DNA of 64,000 bases from an uncultured Bacteroidota bacterium. Its GTDB lineage: Bacteria; Bacteroidota; Bacteroidia; Chitinophagales; Chitinophagaceae. Of the stretch, positions 46,831-57,117 are shown one piece after another; position 1 is the first letter of the stretch, and every line of letters begins with the position of its first letter. The stretch is from positions 1,212 through 65,211 of the forward strand of contig CAINWZ010000144.1 in NCBI GenBank assembly GCA_903854725.1, given 5' to 3'. Both the position numbers and the translations under genes were made by a program. The notes below the pieces were generated by a model. It did no database searches, was not told the DNA's origin, and saw nothing but the letters and a program-made list of their open reading frames with translations.

Positions 46831-48102
46831 TTAAATTAAATTTTCAGCCCCAAAATAAGACTGCAAGACCTTTGGAAGTGCAATACCCGCTTCTGTTTGA
46901 TAATTTTCTACAATAGCTGCAAAAATTCTAGGCAATGCTAAAGAACTTCCATTTAAAGAGTGTGCAAATTGAATTTTACCAGCAGCATCTTTAAAACGAC
47001 ATTTCATTCTATAAGTTTGGTAAGCTTCGAAATTAGAAACGCTACTTACTTCTAACCATCTTTCTTGCGCTGCACTGTATACTTCAAAATCATAGGTAAT
47101 AGCAGATGCAAATCCCATATCTCCACCGCATAATCTTAAAATACGATATTGTAAACCTAAACTCACTAATAATTTTTCGACATGTGCTACCATTTCTTGT
47201 AACACTTCATCACTTTTATCGGGATGTACAATTTGTATAATTTCTATTTTTTCAAATTGATGCACTCTATTTAATCCTCGTACTTCTTTACCAAAACTTC
47301 CCGCCTCTCTTCTAAAGCAAGGAGAATAAGCTGTCATTTGAAGTGGCAAGTCCGCTTCTTTTAAAACCACATCTCTATAAATATTGGTAACAGGTACTTC
47401 TGCTGTTGGAATTAAATAAAAATTATCTGCAGTGGCATGGTACATCTGCCCTTCTTTATCGGGCAATTGACCAGTGGCAAAAGCAGAAGCTTCATTCACC
47501 ATAAATGGAGGTAAATATTCGGTATAACCTGCTGTTATATTAAAATCTAAAAAATATTGTACTAGCGCTCTTTGAAATTTAGCGCCCTTTCCAATGTATA
47601 AAGGAAAACCACTTCCTGTTATTTTAGCACCTGTTTCAAAATCGACTAAATTGTATTTGCTTATTAAATCCCAATGTGCTTGCGCACCAGCATGTAATTT
47701 GGGTGTCTCCCCTCCTTGTTTCACCACTTCATTTTCTTCGGGTGTTTTACCAATAGGTACTAAATCATGTGGTAAATTAGGCAATTGAACAAGGGTATTG
47801 TGTAATTGAACTTCTACTTCTGCCATCTTAACCTTTAATGGCTCTAATTGTATTTTCAACCCTGCTACTTCATTCTTTAAGTCCTCTGCCTTGTCTTTCT
47901 CCCCCTTAGCCATTAAACCGCCAATTTCTTTAGAGGCCGAATTCACCTTCGCTTGAATTTCATCAAATGCAGCTTGCAATTGCTTTCTTTCATCATCAAA
48001 AGCTATAATAGTATCCACCAAATCAAGGTTTGAGAAATGCTTAATAGCCAATTTCTTTTTAGCTATTTCTTTATTTTGGCGTAAAAAACTCACTTGTAAC
48101 AT
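46831..48102 (-). CDS. serS: Serine--tRNA ligase
   Basis: LIPTAEVP, FRREAGS, GLNRVHQFEK, EVSSVSN, SLNGSSLALPR. Start placed at MLQVSF (48102). Confidence 0.97.
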   Translation of the reverse strand: MLQVSFLRQNKEIAKKKLAIKHFSNLDLVDTIIAFDDERKQLQAAFDEIQAKVNSASKEIGGLMAKGEKDKAEDLKNEVAGLKIQLEPLKVKMAEVEVQLHNTLVQLPNLPHDLVPIGKTPEENEVVKQGGETPKLHAGAQAHWDLISKYNLVDFETGAKITGSGFPLYIGKGAKFQRALVQYFLDFNITAGYTEYLPPFMVNEASAFATGQLPDKEGQMYHATADNFYLIPTAEVPVTNIYRDVVLKEADLPLQMTAYSPCFRREAGSFGKEVRGLNRVHQFEKIEIIQIVHPDKSDEVLQEMVAHVEKLLVSLGLQYRILRLCGGDMGFASAITYDFEVYSAAQERWLEVSSVSNFEAYQTYRMKCRFKDAAGKIQFAHSLNGSSLALPRIFAAIVENYQTEAGIALPKVLQSYFGAENLI

Positions 48103-48117
48103 CGGGTCAAATTTTAG

Positions 48118-48165
48118 CAAAGATAATCAAAGCATTGTACTACGCCTAGATATCCCCTACCTTTG
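48118..48165. promoter_or_regulatory. Divergent -7 boxes: TATCTTTG (minus, 48118-25, serS) and TACCTTTG (plus, 48158-65)
   Basis: Both match TAnnTTTG, 15 and 23 nt from their start codons. Confidence 0.65.
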
Positions 48166-48188
48166 CCTCATAAATTGAAAAAGGAACT

Positions 48189-48536
48189 ATGGCATCTATA
48201 AAAGACGACTTTCAAACCAGGTGGTGGGACTTAGAGAAAAAGCTAATGGACCGATTCGGCAAAAAACCCGATGTAGAGTCTATTTTATTCCTCATTGGAC
48301 TACAAGAAACCGGTTTTTTAATAGAAAAAATTAGCAAAGAGCAAAAACAGGACCTAATGCACGTGGCTATCTGTAAGATCCTTTCTAGCAGTGGTTATTA
48401 TATATTAGAAGGCCTGGATGAAGAAGGTTGGCCTCACTTTAAACAACTAAAAGGGCTACCTACAATGGACTTAATTGAACAAGAAGGCTTTTTAAAAGAC
48501 CATATTTTACTCTATTTTGAGAACAATAGCTTCTAG
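48189..48536 (+). CDS. Conserved Bacteroidota hypothetical protein
   Basis: FLIGLQE.G, KQDLMHVAIC and EEGWPHF resemble a small conserved family; good promoter and start context. Confidence 0.6.
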   Translation: MASIKDDFQTRWWDLEKKLMDRFGKKPDVESILFLIGLQETGFLIEKISKEQKQDLMHVAICKILSSSGYYILEGLDEEGWPHFKQLKGLPTMDLIEQEGFLKDHILLYFENNSF

Positions 48537-48590
48537 CTCATTGTTTTTTTAGTCTTTTTTATGAATCTTTGCACCAATAAAAAATAAACT

Positions 48591-48968
48591 ATGCAATTCC
48601 CAGCAGACTTACGCTACACTAAAGACCACGAATGGATTAAATTAGAAGGCAACACCGCCACTATTGGCATTACCGATTTCGCGCAAGGCGAACTGGGTGA
48701 TATTGTATACATTGATATCAATACAGTAGGAAAAAGTTTATCAGCGGAAGCCATTTTTGGAACCGTGGAAGCGGTGAAAACGGTGAGCGATTTATTTTTA
48801 CCAGTAGCAGGCACAATACTTGAAGTGAATGCTGCTTTAACTGCACAACCAGAGTTAGTGAATACCGACCCTTATGGTGCAGGATGGATGGTGAAGGTAA
48901 CCGTTGTAAATGCAGCAGATGTAGCAGCTTTATTAACGAGTGAAGCTTATGCACAGTTGGTACACTAA
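48591..48968 (+). CDS. gcvH: Glycine cleavage system H protein
   Basis: [30 protein letters not shown] (lipoyl Lys), NTDPYGAGW. Confidence 0.97.
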   Translation: MQFPADLRYTKDHEWIKLEGNTATIGITDFAQGELGDIVYIDINTVGKSLSAEAIFGTVEAVKTVSDLFLPVAGTILEVNAALTAQPELVNTDPYGAGWMVKVTVVNAADVAALLTSEAYAQLVH

Positions 48969-48980
48969 TCCAACACGATA

Positions 48981-49373
48981 ATGAAAAGTATAATTTGGGT
49001 CATCAGTGAAATAATACTTGTCTTTGTTTTATTAAGTATGCCAGGTAGTGAATTTTCAGATCCGACAAGCTGGATTGCTATGATCATGTCACTTCCCTTT
49101 GCTGACAAAATGATACATGTAGCCCTTTTTGGAAGCTTAGCGTTTTCTATATTTTTACATTTTGAGCTTTCTTTACAACCGTCGTTCAAAACCATTAGGG
49201 CTAAAGCATTGGCATTACTATTTTGTGTTTTATACGGCATTGGGATGGAGTATTATCAAAAATATTACGTTCCTTCAAGAGGATTCGAAGTAAAAGATAT
49301 GTTAGCAGATGCAATAGGAGCATTACTTGCACTACCTTTATTTAATAGCATCAAATATAAATTGATAAAGTAA
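48981..49373 (+). CDS. VanZ-family membrane protein
   Basis: DKMIHVALFG, GIGMEYYQ, RGFEVKDMLADAIG. Confidence 0.85.
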   Translation: MKSIIWVISEIILVFVLLSMPGSEFSDPTSWIAMIMSLPFADKMIHVALFGSLAFSIFLHFELSLQPSFKTIRAKALALLFCVLYGIGMEYYQKYYVPSRGFEVKDMLADAIGALLALPLFNSIKYKLIK

Positions 49374-49381
49374 GTATACAA

Positions 49382-49843
49382 ATGGGTATTGAAAAAGATA
49401 TACAACAACCGAACTTCAGGAATGAATTTCAAAAAATGGGCATCAACCTCATTTATACCGCCAATTGGTTAAATGAAAAAATAGGCCAATTATTATCGCA
49501 AGAAGATATTACCCAACAACAATATAATATTTTAAGAATTTTACGAGGTAGTGAATGCCCACTGAGCACACTTAAAATAAGAGAGCGTATGCTGGATAAA
49601 ATGAGCGACACCAGCAGAATTGTAGATCGTTTAATTGCAAAAGGATTAGTAGAAAAATCGGCCTGCATAAAAGATAAAAGATTAGTAGACATTGTCCTAT
49701 CCAAAAAAGGATTTCAATTACTAGAAAAATTAGACCACCTAAATGATCAAATAGATTCAATTTTAAAAGGAGTAAATGAAAAAGAAGCTATTGCAGTGAA
49801 TCAAATTTTAGATAAAATTAGAGAAGAAACAGAGCGTAAATAA
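49382..49843 (+). CDS. MarR-family transcriptional regulator
   Basis: QQYNILRILRG, SDTSRIVDRL..KGLV, DKRLVDI. Confidence 0.92.
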   Translation: MGIEKDIQQPNFRNEFQKMGINLIYTANWLNEKIGQLLSQEDITQQQYNILRILRGSECPLSTLKIRERMLDKMSDTSRIVDRLIAKGLVEKSACIKDKRLVDIVLSKKGFQLLEKLDHLNDQIDSILKGVNEKEAIAVNQILDKIREETERK

Positions 49844-49858
49844 ATTAAATTATAACAG

Positions 49859-51325
49859 ATGCGTTTTTTATTAACTGTCCTATTTATAGGATTTTTTATT
49901 TTTACCAATGGACAACCCACTTTAAACGATAAAAGTGTTTTTGAGTTTAGAGGTGTTTGGGTAGCAACCGTCGAAAATATAGATTGGCCAAGTAAAAGAG
50001 GATTATCAAATCAACAACAAAAAGAAGAATATATAGCACTACTCGATAGGCATCAAAGAAATGGCATGAATACAATTATCATGCAAGTTCGCCCTTCAGG
50101 CGATGCTTTATATCCATCCACTTTAGAACCATGGAGCGAGTACCTAATGGGCACTCAGGGTTTGCCTCCTAGCCCTTTTTATGATCCATTAGAATTCATG
50201 ATTCAAGAAACACATAAAAGAGGAATGGAATTCCACGCATGGATCAATCCTTACAGAGCAGTCTTTAATATAAAAAAATCTAGTATCGCGCCTAGTCACT
50301 TATCCAAATTACATCCAGAATGGTTTTTAACTTACGGCGATAAAAAATATTTTAACCCTGGTTTGCCACAAGTTTGGCAACATACCAATCGTATTGTAAG
50401 AGACTTGGTAAGCAGGTATGATATCGACGCCATTCATATGGATGATTATTTTTATCCTTATCGTATTGCAGGTAAAGAGTTCCCAGATGAGGTGACCTAC
50501 CAAAAATATAATAGAGGCTTGTCTAAAGAAGATTGGAGAAGAAGCAATTGCGATACCATCGTAAAACAATTGTATGCTACAATACATCAAACAAAGCCCG
50601 ATGTTCAATTTGGCATAAGTCCTTTTGGCGTATGGAGAAACAAATCAAAAGATCCAAGAGGAAGTGAGACTAAAGCAGGTCAAACAAATTTTGACGATTT
50701 ATATGCTGACATATTATTGTGGTTAGAAAAAGGATGGGTAGATTATGTAACCCCTCAAATTTATTGGGAGCACGGTCATCCTCTAGCGAATTATGATACT
50801 ATCCTTAATTGGTGGAATGAACACAGTTTTGGAAAAAATTTATACATAGGCCATGGTATGTATAAGGCAGGGACCAATACGCCTTGGAAAGATAAAAATG
50901 AACTGCCTTATCAAATTAAAAAGATGCGAGGTTTGAATAATACCAACGGCAGCGCCTACTTTAGTAGCAGTAGCTTTAACAATAACCCGAATAATTGGAA
51001 CGATAGTTTACAACAAAATTATTATCAAAAGCCTGCACTTCTGCCAGCAATTCCTTGGCTGGTACAATATGAAGTAACTGCTCCAACTGTACTGAAAAAA
51101 TCTGAAAATACTTATCAGATAAATCAAAATCAAGGAAGCAAAGTGAAGCAATTGGCCATATTACAAGGAAGTGAAAAACATTTTACAATCACTGCATTAT
51201 TATCTGGTGATACTAAAATCGTAAATCTAAATCAACTGGGGATTGATAAAAAAAATCCAGCGCCTTATTGGATTATAGCTGTTGGGAAACAAAATCAAAT
51301 AAGCAAATTAGTAGCATTGCCTTGA
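49859..51325 (+). CDS. GHL10/DUF187 (YddW/DigH-like) glycoside hydrolase
   Basis: EFRGVWVATV.NIDWP, EFHAWINPYR, IHMDDYFYP, FGISPFG, DYVTPQIYW. Confidence 0.88.
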   Translation: MRFLLTVLFIGFFIFTNGQPTLNDKSVFEFRGVWVATVENIDWPSKRGLSNQQQKEEYIALLDRHQRNGMNTIIMQVRPSGDALYPSTLEPWSEYLMGTQGLPPSPFYDPLEFMIQETHKRGMEFHAWINPYRAVFNIKKSSIAPSHLSKLHPEWFLTYGDKKYFNPGLPQVWQHTNRIVRDLVSRYDIDAIHMDDYFYPYRIAGKEFPDEVTYQKYNRGLSKEDWRRSNCDTIVKQLYATIHQTKPDVQFGISPFGVWRNKSKDPRGSETKAGQTNFDDLYADILLWLEKGWVDYVTPQIYWEHGHPLANYDTILNWWNEHSFGKNLYIGHGMYKAGTNTPWKDKNELPYQIKKMRGLNNTNGSAYFSSSSFNNNPNNWNDSLQQNYYQKPALLPAIPWLVQYEVTAPTVLKKSENTYQINQNQGSKVKQLAILQGSEKHFTITALLSGDTKIVNLNQLGIDKKNPAPYWIIAVGKQNQISKLVALP

Positions 51326-51333
51326 TAGGTAAG

Positions 51334-53307
51334 CTAATCGTATACTCTTTTTAATAGCGATTGCTCATTGGCTTTAATGATTAAAGGAACGTGTTCAACC
51401 ACGGTCATATCATTATCCAATCCAAAGGCTTTTTGATCGCTTTGAGATAAGTGTTTAATATTAAAGTACACATCCATAATGAAATCCTCTTTTACGGATA
51501 ATTCATTTTCTATAGAGAAGAAGCTTTCAATAATTACATAGGTAATATCAGTATGAAAATCCTTGCTCTTTAATGATTCATACTTACTGTAAATTCCTAG
51601 TTCTTGAGATTCATTTAATTCCTGCATTACTTTTTTAAAGCATAAATTAACACGAGGTTGAATTCTGAAGCCTAATTTAAAATCAACACGCATTACTTTA
51701 TCATCTACTAATTCGCGAATAGAATATTCCATTCCATAAGGAGAATCGGTACGATCAATGTGTAAGAACCAATAAATATCAGCACGTTTTGGTTTTCTAT
51801 TCAAAATAGAATCAATAATACGATGTTCTATTTCACGATAATTATTTGCTTTAGTCAAATATACCAAGTGGGTTGCATATTTAGGCACATCCTTATCCGC
51901 ACTCAATTCAGCCAATGGGTCAAGATAATCTTTCAACTTTACAAAATCTAAATAACGATTGGTAATTTTTCTAGCTCTATGCCAAATCATCATCACAAAT
52001 ATCATACTGAATGAAAAGATAAATGTTATAAGTGCTTCATGGATTTTTACTATGTTAGCAACAAAAAACGAAATCTCAACAATACTAAAAATAGTAATAA
52101 TAAGCGTAACCAACCACTGACTCCACCTTTTAACATTTAACATGTAAAAATTAATTAAAATAGTTGTCATGATCATTGTAACGATAATAGAAAATCCATA
52201 AGCAGCAAGCATGTGTTCACTCTTTCTAAAATAAAGCAGCATAGTCACACAGCCCACCCATAAAATTAGATTTAAACTAGGAATATAAATTTGACCTTTT
52301 TGATCTGTTGGAAATTTAACGGTTACACGTGGCCAAAAGTTTAAACTAATTGCTTCATTGATCAACGTAAAAGATCCACTAATCAAAGCCTGACTGGCAA
52401 TAATGGTTGCAATAGTTGCAATACCAATACCAATTAACAAAAACCAATGCGGCATTATTTCAAAAAAAGGATTAATGCCATTGGAGACAGTTCCCACATG
52501 ATTTAACAACCAAGCGCCTTGTCCCATATAGCTCATGACTAAAGCTAATTTTACAAACATCCAGCTTACCTGAATATTTTTACGGCCGCAGTGACCTAAA
52601 TCACTATATAAAGCCTCAGCTCCAGTAGTACATAAAAATACAGCGCCCAGTAACCAAAATCCTTTCGGATAGTTTACTAATAAATCAAGGCCATAGTAAG
52701 GATTCAAAGATTTAAGAATAGATATATTGCCAAATACTTGAATCAATCCTAAAATTAAAATCATGGAGAACCATATCAACATAATGGGTCCAAATGCAAA
52801 TCCTATAATTTTTGTACCAAAACGTTGAAAGAAAAAAAGCAAAGAAATAATTGTCAAAACAATACCTACTGTTAAGTTATTTCCAGGTACGATAATTTTT
52901 TCCAACCCTTCAATCCCCGCCAAACCTTCAATAGCGGAAGATACAGAAACGGGTGGCGTAATCATGCCATCTGCTAATAACATTGCAGCGCCAATAATAG
53001 CGGGTACATAAATCCATTTTACATAACGTCGAATTAAAGCAAACAATGAAAAGATTCCACCCTCACCTCTATTGTCTGCTCTAAGTGTTAAAATAACATA
53101 TTTAAAAGTAGTTTGTAAAGTAAGTGTCCAAAAAACACAGGAGATGGCTCCGTAGATTAATTGTTCTGTAATTATTTTGTGATTAATAATGGTACTAAAT
53201 ACATACAAGGGAGAAGTTCCAATATCACCATAAATAATGCCGAGCGTTACAATTAAACCAGCAACAGAAAGTTTGTGTGCATGTAGCCCGCCAGATGTTT
53301 GTGCCAT
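51334..53307 (-). CDS. kup: KUP/HAK/KT potassium transporter
   Basis: GIIYGDIGTSPLY, NRGEGGIFSL, TGAEALYSDLGHCG, SQALISG. Confidence 0.96.
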   Translation of the reverse strand: MAQTSGGLHAHKLSVAGLIVTLGIIYGDIGTSPLYVFSTIINHKIITEQLIYGAISCVFWTLTLQTTFKYVILTLRADNRGEGGIFSLFALIRRYVKWIYVPAIIGAAMLLADGMITPPVSVSSAIEGLAGIEGLEKIIVPGNNLTVGIVLTIISLLFFFQRFGTKIIGFAFGPIMLIWFSMILILGLIQVFGNISILKSLNPYYGLDLLVNYPKGFWLLGAVFLCTTGAEALYSDLGHCGRKNIQVSWMFVKLALVMSYMGQGAWLLNHVGTVSNGINPFFEIMPHWFLLIGIGIATIATIIASQALISGSFTLINEAISLNFWPRVTVKFPTDQKGQIYIPSLNLILWVGCVTMLLYFRKSEHMLAAYGFSIIVTMIMTTILINFYMLNVKRWSQWLVTLIITIFSIVEISFFVANIVKIHEALITFIFSFSMIFVMMIWHRARKITNRYLDFVKLKDYLDPLAELSADKDVPKYATHLVYLTKANNYREIEHRIIDSILNRKPKRADIYWFLHIDRTDSPYGMEYSIRELVDDKVMRVDFKLGFRIQPRVNLCFKKVMQELNESQELGIYSKYESLKSKDFHTDITYVIIESFFSIENELSVKEDFIMDVYFNIKHLSQSDQKAFGLDNDMTVVEHVPLIIKANEQSLLKRVYD

Positions 53308-53398
53308 GGTTCAGTGTAAATTGAGGACAAAGTTTATAAAAATAATAATTAGAAACAGCTTATTAGTGTAACTATTTTACAAATACTGCCATTTATTT

Positions 53399-53875
53399 TT
53401 ACGAAGGCTTGTAAATACCCCATTTTTGCTCGACAGCCTGAAATCTAAAATCAAAAATGCCTTGTAATTGCTTTTTGACCAAAACTACTTGCGCTATATC
53501 CCCCAAAAATCCCAATGGAATTTTATAATGTACAATGTCTTCCATTTTCACACCCCCTTGCACTGCAGTAAAATGATGTTGGTGATGCCACATCGTATAA
53601 GGCCCAAAGCGTTGTTCGTCTATAAAATAGGCCCCTTCCTTCACATGCGTAATTTCGGTCATCCAGTATAATGGAATTCCTAAAAGTGGTTTTACCGTGT
53701 ATTCAATGATTTGACCTGGATACATTTTTGAACCATGGTGTTTACTAATAATGTTAAAACCCATTTTGGCTGGGGTAATTTTGGCCAAATTGGCTGGACT
53801 ACTAAAAAAATCCCAGGCTTCTTCCAGGGAAATAGGAATAAACTGCTCTGTGTGGATGGAATATACTTTTGACAT
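53399..53875 (-). CDS. SRPBCC/cyclase-family protein
   Basis: EAWDFFSSPANL.KITP, FIDEQRFGPY..WHH.H. Start placed at MSKVY (53875). Confidence 0.85.
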   Translation of the reverse strand: MSKVYSIHTEQFIPISLEEAWDFFSSPANLAKITPAKMGFNIISKHHGSKMYPGQIIEYTVKPLLGIPLYWMTEITHVKEGAYFIDEQRFGPYTMWHHQHHFTAVQGGVKMEDIVHYKIPLGFLGDIAQVVLVKKQLQGIFDFRFQAVEQKWGIYKPS

Positions 53876-53941
53876 ACTATAACAACAAGCAAGTCTTGTT
53901 TTTGTTGCAATAATTCCCACTAAAGCCATTAATTTTATCCT

Positions 53942-56900
53942 ATGATAAGTAAGGCTGACCAATTAAAGGCATTTGAGCTCATTTATAAGGACCTCAATAC
54001 GCAACAAAAAGTAGCGGTAGACACTATTGAAGGTCCTGTGATGGTCATTGCAGGCCCCGGTACAGGCAAAACGCAGATATTGGGTGCACGTATTGGAAAA
54101 ATATTATTAGAAACGGATACGGCACCTGAGAACATATTATGTTTAACTTATACAGATGCAGGTGCCATTGCCATGCGAAAAAGGTTGGTTGGATTTATTG
54201 GTGCGAGTGCGTACAAAGTAAATATTTCTACTTTTCATTCTTTTTGTAACGATATCATTCAAGATAATTTATACTTGTTTGAAAAACCTAGTTTAGATCC
54301 CATTTCTGAATTAGAAAAAATTGAGCTACTCAAAAAATTGATAGACCAATTTGAAAAAACAAATCCATTAAAAAGATATCGTGGCGATGTATATTATGAA
54401 ATGAATAATCTAAGTAGATTATTTAGTACTATGAAAAAAGAAGGTTGGACTACTACTTATTTAGTGCAACAAATTGAACGCTATATTACCGATATTCCTA
54501 CCAGAGATGAATTTGTATATAAGAAAAAATACAAACAATTTGAAGCAGGTGCGCTCAAACAAGGATTGGTTGATGCTGCCATAGAAAAAATGGAGAAATT
54601 AAAAGCAGCAGTGCTCGCATTTGATACCTATCAAGAACTCATGAAAAGTCATAGCAGGTATGACTTCGACGATATGATAAATTGGGTCATCACTGCCTTT
54701 AAAGAAAATAAAAACCTGCTATCCCAATACCAAGAAAAATATTTATATATTTTAGTAGATGAATACCAAGATACCAGCGGCACCCAAAATGAATTAGTGC
54801 AATTGCTTGTTAATTATTGGGATCAGCCTAATTTATTTGTGGTGGGCGATGACGATCAGAGTATTTTCAGATTTCAAGGTGCTAATGTGGAGAATATGTT
54901 GCATTACCAAAAGCAGTACCAGCATGATATAGCTACCATTGTGCTTGAAAATAATTATAGGTCTACGCAGCCTATTTTAAACGCATCTACTTTATTAATT
55001 AATAATAATCAAGAAAGGCTCATCAATAAAATTGATGGGTTGTCAAAAAATTTAATTGCCTCTTTACCTGAAAATAAAAATATCAATATACTTCCTTCCA
55101 TTCATTGCTACAATGATCCGCAAGAAGAGATGATAGGGATTGCAGAAAAAATAAACCAACTCATTCAAACTGGAACGGCTCCCAAGGATATTGCAGTTTT
55201 GTATAAAGAAAATAAATATGGAGAGGAGATTGCCCATTTTTTACAACAAAAAAATATTCCTTTATTTACCAAGAGAACCGCGAATTTATTTGATCAAGTA
55301 CTCATTCAACAAATAATCAGCATATTAGACTACTTGGCTTGCGAATGGGATCAACCTAATGAAGGCGCTAATTTATTATTTGAAATTTTACATTTCTCTT
55401 GGTGGAAAATATCGCCCATCACCATCGCGATGCTGACAGTGGAAGCCAATCAATTGAAATACGCACACCCCGAAAATACTTTTCGAAAAGTTTTAATTGA
55501 TAAAACAAAAGACGCACAAACACAATTATTTAATGAAGGGGGTATTAGCCAAGTAGCCAATGCCATGCAAGTCTTAGAAGATTTAATGGGTAAAGTAGCC
55601 AATGTAACCCTGCTTAATTTGGTAGAACAAGTATTACAAAAAACAGGCATTATTCAAAATGTACTATCAGGTAATAATAAAAGCTACGAATTGAGCTTAG
55701 TGAGTACATTCTTTGATTTTATAAAAGAAGAAACGCATCGACATCCAAGTTTACATTTAACTTCTTTAGTGCAGATGTTGAAACTAATGCGCAAAGAAGA
55801 TATTAGACTTCCCCTACCCATTACAACAGGCAATGAAGCAGGTGTTAACTTGTTAACCACCCATGGAAGCAAGGGACTAGAGTTTCAATATGTTTTTGTA
55901 GCGGGCACCAATGCTCATTATTGGGAAAAGAAAAGAAGAACAGCTAGTGCAGGATATACGCTGCCCGATACAGTGCTTAATAGTTTAGAACATGCCGATG
56001 ACAAAGAAGAATTAAGAAGATTATTTTATGTAGCTATTACCAGAGCAAAACAATTCTTAACGATTTCCTATAGTCAATATAAAGCAGATGGAAAAGAAGC
56101 AGAGCCTAGTCAATTTATAATTGAAGTGCTAGAAGGCAAAGAGGCAGCCATTCAAAAAATTGAATTGCCAGAAACTATTAAAACTACTTATAAATTATTG
56201 CGACTGCAAACGGCACCTATGCCAGAGATTCAACAGTTAGAAGAAGATTTTATCAACCCTAAATTGGAAAAATTTTCAATGAATGTAACGGCCTTAAATA
56301 ATTATTTAAAATGTCCTTTATATTTTTATTACAATAGTTTAATAAGAGTACCAGCGGGTAAATCCGAGGCTACCACCTTTGGATCTGCTATACACGATGC
56401 ATTGCATAAGTTGTTTAAGAAAATGCAAGATGCCGGAAATAATACATTTCCTGATACGCAAACGCTTATACAAGATTTTAACTATTACATGAATCGACAT
56501 AGAGAAGCATTCACACAACAAGAGTTTAAGGATAAATTAGAATTAGGGGAAACAGTGCTCATAAAATATTATGATCGCTATGCAAGTGAATGGAATAAAG
56601 TGGTCTCTACAGAATATCGCATCAACAACGTTGTGGTCAAAGACATTCCTTTAAAAGGAGCGATTGATAAAATTGAGTTCAATGGTAAGCAAGTGGTGGT
56701 GGTAGATTATAAAACGGGTAATATTGAAAATGCACGTGAAAAAATGCAAGGGCCTAATGAAAAACATCCGCTAGGAGGTGATTATTGGAGACAGGCTGTT
56801 TTCTATAAGATTCTTTTAAACAATCATCCCAAAAATTGGGAGGTCAGCAATGCCGAATTTGATTTCATAGAACCCAATAAGAAAAAAGAGTTTGAAAAAA

Positions 56901-57097
56901 TTGCAGTGCCTATAACCGATGCCGATATAACAACGGTAAGCCAGCAAATACAGATGGTCTGGGGTAAAATTCAACAGAAAGATTTTTACACAGGCTGTGG
57001 CAAAGAGGATTGTCATTGGTGTAATTTTGTAAAAACAAACGAATTGGCAGTGGCACTTCATGAAATAAAGGCTGCCGACGAAACAGACGAAGAATAA
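53942..57097 (+). CDS. UvrD/REP-family helicase fused to a C-terminal PD-(D/E)XK nuclease with four Cys
   Basis: AGPGTGKT, VDEYQD, GDDDQSIFRFQGA, THGSKGLEF, RRLFYVAITRA; KGAIDKIE...VDYKTG; KCP...CGKEDCHWC. Confidence 0.92.
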   Translation: MISKADQLKAFELIYKDLNTQQKVAVDTIEGPVMVIAGPGTGKTQILGARIGKILLETDTAPENILCLTYTDAGAIAMRKRLVGFIGASAYKVNISTFHSFCNDIIQDNLYLFEKPSLDPISELEKIELLKKLIDQFEKTNPLKRYRGDVYYEMNNLSRLFSTMKKEGWTTTYLVQQIERYITDIPTRDEFVYKKKYKQFEAGALKQGLVDAAIEKMEKLKAAVLAFDTYQELMKSHSRYDFDDMINWVITAFKENKNLLSQYQEKYLYILVDEYQDTSGTQNELVQLLVNYWDQPNLFVVGDDDQSIFRFQGANVENMLHYQKQYQHDIATIVLENNYRSTQPILNASTLLINNNQERLINKIDGLSKNLIASLPENKNINILPSIHCYNDPQEEMIGIAEKINQLIQTGTAPKDIAVLYKENKYGEEIAHFLQQKNIPLFTKRTANLFDQVLIQQIISILDYLACEWDQPNEGANLLFEILHFSWWKISPITIAMLTVEANQLKYAHPENTFRKVLIDKTKDAQTQLFNEGGISQVANAMQVLEDLMGKVANVTLLNLVEQVLQKTGIIQNVLSGNNKSYELSLVSTFFDFIKEETHRHPSLHLTSLVQMLKLMRKEDIRLPLPITTGNEAGVNLLTTHGSKGLEFQYVFVAGTNAHYWEKKRRTASAGYTLPDTVLNSLEHADDKEELRRLFYVAITRAKQFLTISYSQYKADGKEAEPSQFIIEVLEGKEAAIQKIELPETIKTTYKLLRLQTAPMPEIQQLEEDFINPKLEKFSMNVTALNNYLKCPLYFYYNSLIRVPAGKSEATTFGSAIHDALHKLFKKMQDAGNNTFPDTQTLIQDFNYYMNRHREAFTQQEFKDKLELGETVLIKYYDRYASEWNKVVSTEYRINNVVVKDIPLKGAIDKIEFNGKQVVVVDYKTGNIENAREKMQGPNEKHPLGGDYWRQAVFYKILLNNHPKNWEVSNAEFDFIEPNKKKEFEKIAVPITDADITTVSQQIQMVWGKIQQKDFYTGCGKEDCHWCNFVKTNELAVALHEIKAADETDEE

Positions 57098-57117
57098 ATC
57101 AATTAAGTTTGCAGTCT

